A stretch of 64,000 nt of DNA from Auanema rhodensis (taxonomy: Eukaryota; Animalia; Nematoda), in NCBI GenBank assembly GCA_964057225.1, contig OZ059899.1:248001-312000 (forward strand), given 5' to 3'. The notes under the pieces were generated by a model that ran no database searches, was not told the DNA's origin, and saw nothing but the letters and a program-made list of their open reading frames with translations. Made by a program: the position numbers and the translations under genes. How positions within the stretch are numbered: position 1 is the stretch's first letter; each line of letters starts with the position of its first letter. Shown one piece after another: positions 1 to 14,400 of the stretch.

Positions 1-3000
1 CAATATCAATAAAAATTTGTTTTTAGACTAATATGGACATGGGAAATCTAATTTTAAAAACCGCATCTCTTTATCTTTCACGTGAAGCGAGTTACATACC
101 AAGTGCACATCACGTGTACATTTAATTAGCATAAATTAAAGTTCACGTAAAATTCAAAGTCATGGTTACCATGCACCAATATCAATAAAAATTTGTTTTT
201 AGACTAATATGGACATGGGGAATCTAATTTTGAAAACCGCATCTCTTTATCTTTCATGTGAAGCGAGTTACATACCAAGTGCACATCACGTGTACATTTA
301 ATTAGCATAAATTAAAGTTCACGTAAATTTCAAAGTCATGGTTACCATGCACCAATATCAATAAAAATTTGTTTTTAGACTAATATCGACATGGGGAATC
401 TAATTTTGAAAACCGCATCTCTTTATCTTTCACGTGAAGCGAGTTACATACCAAGTGCACATCACGTGTACATTTAATTAGCATAAACTAAAGTTCACGT
501 AAATTTCAAAGTCATGGTTACCATGAACCAATATCAATAAAAATTTGTTTTTAGACTAATATGGACATGGGGAATCTAATTTTGAAAACCGCATCTCTTT
601 ATCTTTCACGTGAAGCGAGTTACATACCAAGTGCACATCACGTGTACATTTAATTAGCATAAATTAAAGTTCACGTAAAATTCAAAGTCATGGTTACCAT
701 GCACCAATATCAATAAAAATTTGTTTTTAGACTAATATGGACATGGGGAATCTAATTTTGAAAACCGCATCTCTTTATCTTTCATGTGAAGCGAGTTACA
801 TACCAAGTGCACATCACGTGTACATTTAATTAGCATAAATTAAAGTTCACGTAAATTTCAAAGTCATGGTTACCATGCACCAATATCAATAAAAATTTGT
901 TTTCAGACTAATATGGACATGGGGAATCTAATTTTGAAAACCGCATCTCTTTATCTTTCACGTGAAGCGAGTTACATACCAAGTGCACATCACGTGTACA
1001 TTTAATTAGCATAAATTAAAGTTCACGTAAATTTCAAAGTCATGGTTACCATGCACCAATATCAATTAAAATTTGTTTTTAGACTAATATCGACATGGGG
1101 AATCTAATTTTGAAAACCGCATCTCTTTATCTTTCACGTGAAGCGAGTTACATACCAAGTGCACATCACGTGTACATTTAATTAGCATAAACTAAAGTTC
1201 ACGTAAATTTCAAAGTCATGGTTACCATGAACCAATATCAATAAAAATTTGTTTTTAGACTAATATGGACATGGGGAATCTAATTTTGAAAACCGCATCT
1301 CTTTATCTTTCACGTGAAGCGAGTTACATACCAAGTGCACGTCACGTGTACATTTAATTAGCATAAATTAAAGTTCACGTAAATTTCAAAGTCATGGTTA
1401 CCATGAAGCAATATCAATAAAAATTTGTTTTTAGACTAATATGGACATGGGGAATCTAATTTTGAAAACCGCATCTCTTTATCTTTCACGTGAAGCGAGT
1501 TACATACCAAGTGCACATCACGTGTACATTTAATTAGCATAAATTAAAGTTCACGTAAAATTCAAAGTCATGGTTACCATGCACCAATATCAATAAGAAT
1601 TGGTTTTTAGACTAATATGGACATGGGGAATCTAATTTTGAAAACCGCATCTCTTTATCTTTCACGTGAAGCGAGTTACATACCAAGTGCACATCACGTG
1701 TACATTTAATTAGCATAAATTAAAGTTCACGTAAATTTCAAAGTCATGGTTACCATGCACCAATATCAATAAAAATTTGTTTTTAGACTAATATGGACAT
1801 GGGGAATCTAATTTTGAAAACCGCATCTCTTTATCTTTCACGTGAAGCGAGTTACATACCAAGTGCACATCACGTGTACATTTAATTAGCATAAATTAAA
1901 GTTCACGTAAATTTCAAAGTCATGGTTACCATGCACCAATATCAATAAAAATTTGTTTTTAGACTAATATGGACATGGGGAATCTAATTTTGAAAACCGC
2001 ATCTCTTTATCTTTCACGTGAAGCGAGTTACATACCAAGTGCACATCACGTGTACATTTAATTAGCATAAATTAAAGTTCACGTAAATTTCAAAGTCATG
2101 GTTACCATGAACCAATATCAATAAAAATTTGTTTTTAGACTAATATGGACATGGGAAATCTAATTTTAAAAACCGCATCTCTTTATCTTTCACGTGAAGC
2201 GAGTTACATACCAAGTGCACATCACGTGTACATTTAATTAGCATAAATTAAAGTTCACGTAAAATTCAAAGTCATGGTTACCATGCACCAATATCAATAA
2301 AAATTTGTTTTTAGACTAATATGGACATGGGGAATCTAATTTTGAAAACCGCATCTCTTTATCTTTCATGTGAAGCGAGTTACATACCAAGTGCACATCA
2401 CGTGTACATTTAATTAGCATAAATTAAAGTTCACGTAAAATTCAAAGTCATGGTTACCATGCACCAATATCAATAAAAATTTGTTTTTAGACTAATATGG
2501 ACATGGGGAATCTAATTTTGAAAACCGCATCTCTTTATCTTTCACGTGAAGCGAGTTACATACCAAGTGCACATCACGTGTACATTTAATTAGCATAAAC
2601 TAAAGTTCACGTAAATTTCAAAGTCATGGTTACCATGCACCAATATCAATAAAAATTTGTTTTTAGACTAATATGGACATGGGGAATCTAATTTTGAAAA
2701 CCGCATCTCTTTATCTTTCACGTGAAGCGAGTTACATACCAAGTGCACATCACGTGTACATTTAATTAGCATAAATTAAAGTTCACGTAAATTTCAAAGT
2801 CATGGTTACCATGAACCAATATCAATAAAAATTTGTTTTTAGACTAATATGGACATGGGAAATCTAATTTTAAAAACCGCATCTCTTTATCTTTCACGTG
2901 AAGCGAGTTACATACCAAGTGCACATCACGTGTACATTTAATTAGCATAAATTAAAGTTCACGTAAAATTCAAAGTCATGGTTACCATGCACCAATATCA

Positions 3001-4399
3001 ATAAAAATTTGTTTTTAGACTAATATGGACATGGGGAATCTAATTTTGAACCGCATCTCTTTATCTTTCATGTGAAGCGAGTTACATACCAAGTGCACAT
3101 CACGTGTACATTTAATTAGCATAAATTAAAGTTCACGTAAATTTCAAAGTCATGGTTACCATGCACCAATATCAATAAAAATTTGTTTTTAGACTAATAT
3201 GGACATGGGGAATCTAATTTTGAAAACCGCATCTCTTTATCTTTCACGTGAAGCGAGTTACATACCAAGTGCACATCACGTGTACATTTAATTAGCATAA
3301 ATTAAAGTTCACGTAAATTTCAAAGTCATGGTTACCATGAACCAATATCAATAAAAATTTGTTTTTAGACTAATATGGACATGGGAAATCTAATTTTAAA
3401 AACCGCATCTCTTTATCTTTCACGTGAAGCGAGTTACATACCAAGTGCATATCACGTGTACATTTAATTAGCATAAATTAAAGTTCACGTAAAATTCAAA
3501 GTCATGGTTACCATGCACCAATATCAATAAAAATTTGTTTTTAGACTAATATGGACATGGGGAATCTAATTTTGAAAACCGCATCTCTTTATCTTTCATG
3601 TGAAGCGAGTTACATACCAAGTGCACATCACGTGTACATTTAATTAGCATAAATTAAAGTTCACGTAAATTTCAAAGTCATGGTTACCATGCACCAATAT
3701 CAATAAAAATTTGTTTTTAGACTAATATCGACATGGGGAATCTAATTTTGAAAACCGCATCTCTTTATCTTGCACGTGAAGCGAGTTACATACCAAGTGC
3801 ACATCACGTGTACATTTAATTAGCATAAACTAAAGTTCACGTAAATTTCAAAGTCATGGTTACCATGAACCAATATCAATAAAAATTTGTTTTTAGACTA
3901 ATATGGACATGGGGAATCTAATTTTGAAAACCGCATCTCTTTATCTTTCACGTGAAGCGAGTTACATACCAAGTGCACATCACGTGTACATTTAATTAGC
4001 ATAAATTAAAGTTCACGTAAAATTCAAAGTCATGGTTACCATGCACCAATATCAATAAAAATTTGTTTTTAGACTAATATGGACATGGGGAATCTAATTT
4101 TGAAAACCGCATCTCTTTATCTTTCATGTGAAGCGAGTTACATACCAAGTGCACATCACGTGTACATTTAATTAGCATAAATTAAAGTTCACGTAAATTT
4201 CAAAGTCATGGTTACCATGCACCAATATCAATAAAAATTTGTTTTCAGACTAATATGGACATGGGGAATCTAAATTTTGAAAACCGCATCTCTTTATCTT
4301 TCACGTGAAGCGAGTTACATACCAAGTGCACATCACGTGTACATTTAATTAGCATAAATTAAAGTTCACGTAAATTTCAAAGTCATGGTTACCATGCAC
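1..4399 (+). repeat. Local duplication: monomers 1-1056 recur at 3343-4399 (19-monomer offset)
   Basis: Same ordered variants in both: GGGAAATC+TTTTAAAAA, TTCATGTG, ATATCGAC+AAACTAAA, AAAATTCA, TTCATGTG, TTTTCAG. About 3 private differences in the second copy. Confidence 0.85.
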
Positions 4400-7390
4400 C
4401 AATATCAATAAAAATTTGTTTTTAGACTAATATGGACATGGGGAATCTAATTTTGAAAACCGCATCTCTTTATCTTTCACGTGAAGCGAGTTACATACCA
4501 AGTGCACATCACGTGTACATTTAATTAGCATGAATTAAAGTTCACGTAAATTTCAAAGTCATGGTTACCATGCACCAATATCAATAAAAATTTGTTTTTA
4601 GACTAATATGGACATGGGGAATCTAATTTTGAAAACCGCATCTCTTTATCTTTCACGTGAAGCGAGTTACATACCAAGTGCACATCACGTGTACATTTAA
4701 TTAGCATAAATTAAAGTTCACGTAAATTTCAAAGTCATGGTTACCATGCACCAATATCAATAAAAATTTGTTTTTAGACTAATATGGACATGGGGAATCT
4801 AATTTTGAAAACCGCATCTCTTTATCTTTCACGTGAAGCGAGTTACATACCAAGTGCACATCACGTGTACATTTAATTAGCATAAATTAAAGTTCACGTA
4901 AATTTCAAAGTCATGGTTACCATGCACCAATATCAATAAAAATTTGTTTTTAGACTAATATGGACATGGGGAATCTAATTTTGAAAACCGCATCTCTTTA
5001 TCTTTCACGTGAAGCGAGTTACATACCAATTGCACATCACGTGTACATTTAATTAGCATAAATTAAAGTTCACGTAAATTTCAAAGTCATGGTTACCATG
5101 AACCAATATCAATAAAAATTTGTTTTTAGACTAATATGGACATGGGGAATCTAATTTTGAAAACCGCATCTCTTTATCTTTCACGTGAAGCGAGTTACAT
5201 ACCAAGTGCACATCACGTGTACATTTAATTAGCATAAATTAAAGTTCACGTAAATTTCAAAGTCATGGTTACCATGCACCAATATCAATAAAATTTGTTT
5301 TTAGACTAATATGGACATAGGGAATCTAATTTTGAAAACCGCATCTCTTTATCTTTCACGTGAAGCGAGTTACATACCAAGTGCACATCACGTGTACATT
5401 TAATTAGCATAAATTAAAGTTCACGTAAATTTCAAAGTCATGGTTACCATGCACCAATATCAATAAAAATTTGTTTTTAGACTAATATGGACATAGGGAA
5501 TCTAATTTTGAAAACCGCATCTCTTTATCTTTCACGTGAAGCGAGTTACATACCAAGTGCACATCACGTGTACATTTAATTAGCATAAATTAAAGTTCAC
5601 GTAAATTTCAAAGTCATGGTTACCATGCACCAATATCAATAAAATTTGTTTTTAGACTAATATGGACATAGGGAATCTAATTTTGAAAACCTCATCTCTT
5701 CATCTTTCACGTGAAGCGAGTTACATACCAAGTGCACATCACGTGTACATTTAATTAGCATAAATTGAAGTTCACGTAAATTTCAAAGTCATGGTTACCA
5801 TGAACCAATATCAATAAAAATTTGTTTTTAGACTAATACGGACATGGGGAATCTAATTTTGAAAACCGCATCTCTTTATCTTTCACGTGAAGCGAGTTAT
5901 ATACCAAGTGCACATCACGTGTACATTTAATTAGCATAAATTAAAGTTCACGTAAATTTCAAAGTCATGGTTACCATGAACCAATATCAATAAAAATTTG
6001 TTTTTAGACTAATATGGACATGGGAAATTTAATTTTGAAAACCGCATCTCTTTATCTTTCACGTGAAGCGAGTTACATACCAATTGCACATCACGTGTAC
6101 ATTTAATTAGCATAAATTAAAGTTCACGTAAATTTCAAAGTCATGGTTACCATGAACCAATATCAATAAAAATTTGTTTTTAGACTAATATGGACATGGG
6201 GAATCTAATTTTGAAAACCGCATCTCTTTATCTTTCACGTGAAGCGAGTTACATACCAAGTGCACATCACGTGTACATTTAATTAGCATAAATTAAAGTT
6301 CACGTAAATTTCAAAGTCATGGTTACCATGAACCAATATCAATAAAAATTTGTTTTTAGACTAATATGGACATGGGGAATCTAATTTTGAAAACCGCATC
6401 TCTTTATCTTTCACGTGAAGCGAGTTACATACCAAGTGCACATCACGTGTACATTTAATTAGCATAAATTAAAGTTCACGTAAATTTCAAAGTCATGGTT
6501 ACCATGAACCAATATCAATAAAAATTTGTTTTTAGACTAATATGGACATGGGAAATTTAATTTTGAAAACCGCATCTCTTTATCTTTCACGTGAAGCGAG
6601 TTACATACCAAGTGCACATCACGTGTACATTTAATTAGCATAAATTAAAGTTCACGTAAATTTCAAAGTCATGGTTACCATGCACCAATATCAATAAAAA
6701 TTTGTTTTTAGACTAATATGGACATGGGGAATCTAATTTTGAAAACCGCATCTCTTTATCTTTCACGTGAAGCGAGTTACATACCAAGTGCACATCACGT
6801 GTACATTTAATTAGCATAAATTAAAGTTCACGTAAATTTCAAAGTCATGGTTACCATGCACCAATATCAATGAAAAATTGTTTTTAGACTAATATGGACA
6901 TGGGGAATCTAATTTTGAAAACCGCATCTCTTTATCTTTCACGTGAAGCGAGTTACATACCAAGGGCACATCACGTGTACATTTAATTAGCATAAATTAA
7001 AGTTCACGTAAATTTCAAAGTCATGGTTAGCATGCACCAATATCAATAAAAATTTGTTTTTAGACTAATATGGACATAGGGAATCTAATTTTGAAAACCG
7101 CATCTCTTCATCTTTCACGTGAAGCGAGTTACATACCAAGTGCACATCACGTGTACATTTAATTAGCATAAATTGAAGTTCACGTAAATTTCAAAGTCAT
7201 GGTTACCATGAACCAATATCAATAAAAATTTGTTTTTAGACTAATAATGGACATGGGGAATCTAATTTTTAAAACCGCATCTCTTTATCTTTCACGTGAA
7301 GCGAGTTACATACCAAGTGCACATCACGTGTACATTTAATTAGCATAAATTAAAGTTCACGTAAATTTCAAAGTCATGGTTACCATGCAC

Positions 7391-9502
7391 CAATATCAAT
7401 AAAAATTTGTTTTTAGACTAATATGGACATGGGGAATCTAATTTTGAAAACCGCATCTCTTTATCTTTCACGTGAAGCGAGTTACATACCAATTGCACAT
7501 CACGTGTACATTTAATTAGCATAAATTAAAGTTCACGTAAATTTCAAAGTCATGGTTACCATGAACCAATATCAATAAAAATTTGTTTTTAGACTAATAT
7601 GGACATGGGGAATCTAATTTTGAAAACCGCATCTCTTTATCTTTCACGTGAAGCGAGTTACATACCAAGTGCACATCACGTGTACATTTAATTAGCATAA
7701 ATTAAAGTTCACGTAAATTTCAAAGTCATGGTTACCATGAACCAATATCAATAATAATTTGTTTTTAGACTAATATGGACATGGGGAATCTAATTTTGAA
7801 AACCGCATCTCTTTATCTTTCACGTGAAGCGAGTTACATACCAAGTGCACATCACGTGTACATTTAATAAGCATAAATTAAAGTTCACGTAAATTTCAAA
7901 GTCATGGTTACCATGCACCAATATCAATAAAAATTTGTTTTTAGACTAATATGGACATGATGAATCTAATTTTGAAAACCGCATCTCTTTATCTTTCACG
8001 TGAAGCGAGTTACATACCAAGTGCACATCACGTGTACATTTAATTAGCATAAATTAAAGTTCACGTAAATTTCAAAGTCATGGTTACCATGAACCAATAT
8101 CAATGAAAATTTGTTTTTAGACTAATATGGACATGGGGAATCAAATTTTGAAAACCGCATCTCTTTATCTTTCACGTGAAGCGAGTTACATACCAAGTGC
8201 ACATCACGTGTACATTTAATTAGCATGAATTAAAGTTCACGTAAATTTCAAAGTCATGGTTACCATGCACCAATATCAATAAAAAATTGTTTTTAGACTA
8301 ATATGGACATGGGGAATCTAATTTTGAAAACCGCATCTCTTTATCTTTCACGTGAAGCGAGTTACATACCAAGTGCACATCACGTGTACATTTAATTAGC
8401 ATAAATTAAAGTTCACGTAAATTTCAAAGTCATGGTTACCATGCACCAATATCAATAAAAATTTGTTTTTAGACTAATATGGACATGGGGAATCTAATTT
8501 TGAAAACCGCATCTCTTTATCTTTCACGTGAAGCGAGTTACATACCAATTGCACATCACGTGTACATTTAATTAGCATAAATTAAAGTTCACGTAAATTT
8601 CAAAGTCATGGTTACCATGAACCAATATCAATAAAAATTTGTTTTTAGACTAATATGGACATGGGGAATCTAATTTTGAAAACCGCATCTCTTTATCTTT
8701 CACGTGAAGCGAGTTACATACCAAGTGCACATCACGTGTACATTTAATTAGCATAAATTAAAGTTCACGTAAATTTCAAAGTCATGGTTACCATGAACCA
8801 ATATCAATAATAATTTGTTTTTAGACTAATATGGACATGGGGAATCTAATTTTGAAAACCGCATCTCTTTATCTTTCACGTGAAGCGAGTTACATACCAA
8901 GTGCACATCACGTGTACATTTAATAAGCATAAATTAAAGTTCACGTAAATTTCAAAGTCATGGTTACCATGCACCAATATCAATAAAAATTTGTTTTTAG
9001 ACTAATATGGACATGATGAATCTAATTTTGAAAACCGCATCTCTTTATCTTTCACGTGAAGCGAGTTACATACCAAGTGCACATCACGTGTACATTTAAT
9101 TAGCATAAATTAAAGTTCACGTAAATTTCAAAGTCATGGTTACCATGAACCAATATCAATGAAAATTTGTTTTTAGACTAATATGGACATGGGGAATCAA
9201 ATTTTGAAAACCGCATCTCTTTATCTTTCACGTGAAGCGAGTTACATACCAAGTGCACATCACGTGTACATTTAATTAGCATGAATTAAAGTTCACGTAA
9301 ATTTCAAAGTCATGGTTACCATGCACCAATATCAATAAAAAATTGTTTTTAGACTAATATGGACATGGGGAATCTAATTTTGAAAACCGCATCTCTTTAT
9401 CTTTCACGTGAAGCGAGTTACATACCAAGTGCACATCACGTGTACATTTAATTAGCATAAATTAAAGTTCACGTAAATTTCAAAGTCATGGTTACCATGC
9501 AC
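7391..9502 (+). repeat. 6-monomer (1056 bp) tandem duplication
   Basis: Variant series AATTGCAC / GAAC / ATAATAATTT+AATAAGC / GATGAAT / CAATGAAA+TCAAATT+CATGAA / AAAAAATTG at 7391-8446 repeats at 8447-9502. Confidence 0.92.
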
Positions 9503-11438
9503 CAATATCAATAAAAATTTGTTTGTAGACTAATATGGACATGGGGAATCTTAATTTGAAAACCGCATCTCTTTATCTTTCACGTGAAGCGAGTTACATA
9601 CCAAATGCACATCACGTGTACATTTAATTAGCATAAATCAAAGTTCACGTAAATTTCAAAGTCATGGTTACCATGAACCAATATCAATAAAAATTTGTTT
9701 TTAGACTAATATGGACATGAGGAATCTAATTATGAAAACCGCATCTCTTTATCTTTCACGTGAAGCGAGTTACATACCAAGTGCACATCACGTGTACATT
9801 TAATTAGCATAAATTAAAGTTCACGTAAATTTCAAAGTCATGGTTACCATGCACCAATATCAATAAAAATTTGTTTTTAGACTAATATGGACATGGGGAA
9901 TCTAATTTTGAAAACCGCATCTCTTTATCTTTCACGTGAAGCGAGTTACATACCAAGTGCACATCACGTGTACATTTAATTAGCATAAATTAAAGTTCAC
10001 GTAAATTTCAAAGTCATGGTTACCATGCACCAATATCAATAAAAATTTGTTTTTAGACTAATATGGACATGGGGAATCTTATTTTGAAAACCTCATCTCT
10101 TTATCTTTCACGTGAAGCGAGTTACATACCAAGTGCACATCACGTGTACATTTAATTAGCATAAATTAAAGTTCACGTAAATTTCAAAGTCATGGTTACC
10201 ATGAACCAATATCAATAATAATTTGTTTTTAGACTAATATGGACATGGGGAATCTAATTTTGAAAACCGCATCTCTTTATCTTTCACGTGAAGCGAGTTA
10301 CATACCAAGTGCACATCACGTGTACATTTAATAAGCATAAATTAAAGTTCACGTAAATTTCAAAGTCATGGTTACCATGCACCAATATCAATAAAAATTT
10401 GTTTTTAGACTAATATGGACATGATGAATCTAATTTTGAAAACCGCATCTCTTTATCTTTCACGTGAAGCGAGTTACATACCAAGTGCACATCACGTGTA
10501 CATTTAATTAGCATAAATTAAAGTTCACGTAAATTTCAAAGTCATGGTTACCATGAACCAATATCAATGAAAATTTGTTTTTAGACTAATATGGACATGG
10601 GGAATCAAATTTTGAAAACCGCATCTCTTTATCTTTCACGTGAAGCGAGTTACATACCAAGTGCACATCACGTGTACATTTAATTAGCATGAATTAAAGT
10701 TCACGTAAATTTCAAAGTCATGGTTACCATGCACCAATATCAATAAAAAATTGTTTTTAGACTAATATGGACATGGGGAATCTAATTTTGAAAACCGCAT
10801 CTCTTTATCTTTCACGTGAAGCGAGTTACATACCAAGTGCACATCACGTGTACATTTAATTAGCATAAATTAAAGTTCACGTAAATTTCAAAGTCATGGT
10901 TACCATGCACCAATATCAATAAAAATTTGTTTGTAGACTAATATGGACATGGGGAATCTTAATTTGAAAACCGCATCTCTTTATCTTTCACGTGAAGCGA
11001 GTTACATACCAAATGCACATCACGTGTACATTTAATTAGCATAAATCAAAGTTCACGTAAATTTCAAAGTCATGGTTACCATGAACCAATATCAATAAAA
11101 ATTTGTTTTTAGACTAATATGGACATGAGGAATCTAATTATGAAAACCGCATCTCTTTATCTTTCACGTGAAGCGAGTTACATACCAAGTGCACATCACG
11201 TGTACATTTAATTAGCATAAATTAAAGTTCACGTAAATTTCAAAGTCATGGTTACCATGCACCAATATCAATAAAAATTTGTTTTTAGACTAATATGGAC
11301 ATGGGGAATCTAATTTTGAAAACCGCATCTCTTTATCTTTCACGTGAAGCGAGTTACATACCAAGTGCACATCACGTGTACATTTAATTAGCATAAATTA
11401 AAGTTCACGTAAATTTCAAAGTCATGGTTACCATGCAC
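8799..11438 (+). repeat. 8-monomer-offset (1408 bp) duplication
   Basis: The monomer with TTTGTAG+CTTAATTT+AAATGC+ATCAAAG lies at 9503 and 10911, ATTATG at 9679 and 11087, ATAATAA at 8799 and 10207. Confidence 0.9.
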
Positions 11439-14400
11439 CAATATCAATAAAAATTTGTTTTTAGACTAATATGGACATGGGGAATCTAATTTTGAAAACC
11501 GCATCTCTTTATCTTTCACGTGAAGCGAGTTACATACCAAGTGCACATCACGTGTACATTTAATTAGCATGAATTAAAGTTCACGTAAATTTCAAAGTCA
11601 TGGTTACCATGCACCATTATCAATAAAAAATTGTTTTTAGACTAATATGGACATGGGAAATCTAATTTCGAAAACCGCATCTCTTTATCTTTCACGTGAA
11701 GCAAGTTACATACCAAGTGCACATCACGTGTACATTTAATTAGCATAAATTAAAGTTCACGTAAATTTCAAAGTCATGGTTACCATGCACCAATATCAAT
11801 AAAAATTTGTTTTTAGACTAATATGGACATGGGGAATCTTATTTTGAAAACCTCATCTCTTTATCTTTCACGTGAAGCGAGTTACATACCAAGTGCACAT
11901 CACGTGTACATTTAATTAGCATAAATCAAAGTTCACGTAAATTTCAAAGTCATGGTTACCATGCACCAATATCAATAAAAATTTGTTTTTAGACTAATAT
12001 GGACATGGGGAATCTAATTTTGAAAACCGCATCTCTTTATCTTTCACGTGAAGCGAGTTACATACCAAGTGCACATCACGTGTACATTTAATTAGCATAA
12101 ATTAAAGTTCACGTAAATTTCAAAGTCATGGTTACCATGCACCAATATCAATAAAAATTTGTTTTTAGACTAATATGGACATGGGGAATCTAATTTTGAA
12201 AACCGCATCTCTTTATCTTTCACGTGAAGCGAGTTACATACCAAGTGCACATCACGTGTACATTTAATTAGCATAAATTAAAGTTCACGTAAATTTCAAA
12301 GTCATGGTTACCATGCACCAATATCAATAAAAATTTGTTTTTAGACTAATATGGACATGGGGAATCTAATTTTGAAAACCGCATCTCTTTATCTTTCACG
12401 TGAAGCGAGTTACATACCAAGTGCACATCACGTGTACATTTAATTAGCATAAATTAAAGTTCACGTAAATTTCAAAGTCGTGGTTACCATGCTCCAATAT
12501 CAATAAAAATTTGTTTTTAGACTAATATGGACATGAGGAATCTAATTTTGAAAACCGCATCTCTTTATCTTTGACGTGAAGCGAGTTACATACCAAGTGC
12601 ACATCACGTGTACATTTAATTAGCATAAATTAAAGTTCACGTAAATTTCAAAGTCATGGTTACCATGCACCAATATCAATAAAAATTTGTTTTTAGACTA
12701 ATATGGACATGGGGAATCTAATTTTGAAAACCGCATCTCTTTATCTTTCACGTGAAGCGAGTTACATACCAAGTGCACATCACGTGTACATTTAATTAGC
12801 ATAAATTAAAGCTCACGTAAATTTCAAAGTCGTGGTTACCATGCACCAATATCAATAAAAATTCGTTTTTAGACTAATATGGACATGGGGAATCTAACTT
12901 TGAAAACCGCATCTCTTTATCTTTCACGTGAAGCGAGTTACATACCAAGTGCACATCACGTGTACATTTAATTAGCATAAATTAAAGTTCACGTAAATTT
13001 CAAAGTCATGGTTACCATGCACCAATATCAATAAAAATTTGTTTTTAGACTAATATGGACATGGGGAATCTAATTTTGAAAACCGCATCTCTTTATCTTT
13101 CACGTGAAGCGAGTTACATACCAAGTGCACATCACGTGTACATTTAATTAGCATAAATTAAAGTTCACGTAAATTTCAAAGTCATGGTTACCATGCACCA
13201 ATATCAATAAAAATTTGTTTTTAGACTAATATGGACATGGGGAATCTAATTTTGAAAACCGCATCTCTTCATCTTTCACGTGAAGCGAGTTACATACCAA
13301 GTGCACATCACGTGTACATTTAATTAGCATAAATTAAAGTTCACGTAAATTTCAAAGTCATGGTTACCATGCACCAATATCAATAAAAATTTGTTTTTAG
13401 ACTAATATGGACATGGGGAATTTAATTTTGAAAACCGCATCTCTTTATCTTTCACGTGAAGCGAGTTACATACCAAGTGCACATCACGTGTACATTTAAT
13501 TAGCATAAATTAAAGTTCACGTAAATTTCAAAGTCATGGTTACCATGCACCAATATCAATAAAAATTTGTTTTTAGACTAATATGGACATGGGGAATCTA
13601 ATTTTGAAAACCGCATCTCTTTATCTTTCACGTGAAGCGAGTTACATACCAAGTGCACATCACGTGTACATTTAATTAGCATAAATTAAAGTTCACGTAA
13701 ATTTCAAAGTCATGGTTACCATGCACCAATATCAATAAAAATTTGTTTTTAGACTAATATGGACATGGGGAATTTAATTTTGAAAACCGCATCTCTTTAT
13801 CTTTCACGTGAAGCGAGTTACATACCAAGTGCACATCACGTGTACATTTAATTAGCATAAATTAAAGTTCACGTAAATTTCAAAGTCATGGTTACCATGC
13901 ACCAATATCAATAAAAATTTGTTTTTAGACTAATATGGACATGGGGAATCTAATTTTGAAAACCGCATCTCTTTATCTTTCACGTGAAGCGAGTTACATA
14001 CCAAGTGCACATCACGTGTACATTTAATTAGCATGAATTAAAGTTCACGTAAATTTCAAAGTCATGGTTACCATGCACCATTATCAATAAAAAATTGTTT
14101 TTAGACTAATATGGACATGGGAAATCTAATTTCGAAAACCGCATCTCTTTATCTTTCACGTGAAGCAAGTTACATACCAAGTGCACATCACGTGTACATT
14201 TAATTAGCATAAATTAAAGTTCACGTAAATTTCAAAGTCATGGTTACCATGCACCAATATCAATAAAAATTTGTTTTTAGACTAATATGGACATGGGGAA
14301 TCTTATTTTGAAAACCTCATCTCTTTATCTTTCACGTGAAGCGAGTTACATACCAAGTGCACATCACGTGTACATTTAATTAGCATAAATCAAAGTTCAC

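Noticed and set aside
1-176. Assignment to a named 176-178 bp satellite (for example Brassica CentBr or Arabidopsis CEN178) or to 5S rDNA/tRNA/snRNA arrays
   Set aside because: Only the length is similar, and I do not recognise sequence similarity to these. A BLAST, Dfam or Rfam search of the consensus is needed.
1-176. 10-bp A/T-tract phasing implying DNA curvature or nucleosome positioning
   Set aside because: A/T tracts are present, but I cannot establish periodicity by eye; it needs a dinucleotide periodicity or curvature calculation.
3040-7250. Isolated 1-2 bp indels (about 3050, 4272, 5291, 5641, 6870, 7245)
   Set aside because: Mostly singletons in or next to homopolymer runs, which cannot be distinguished from consensus errors.
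11660-11690. CENP-B box in TTTCGAAAACCGC variants
   Set aside because: It has TTCG but lacks the required downstream A and CGGG of NTTCGNNNNANNCGGGN.
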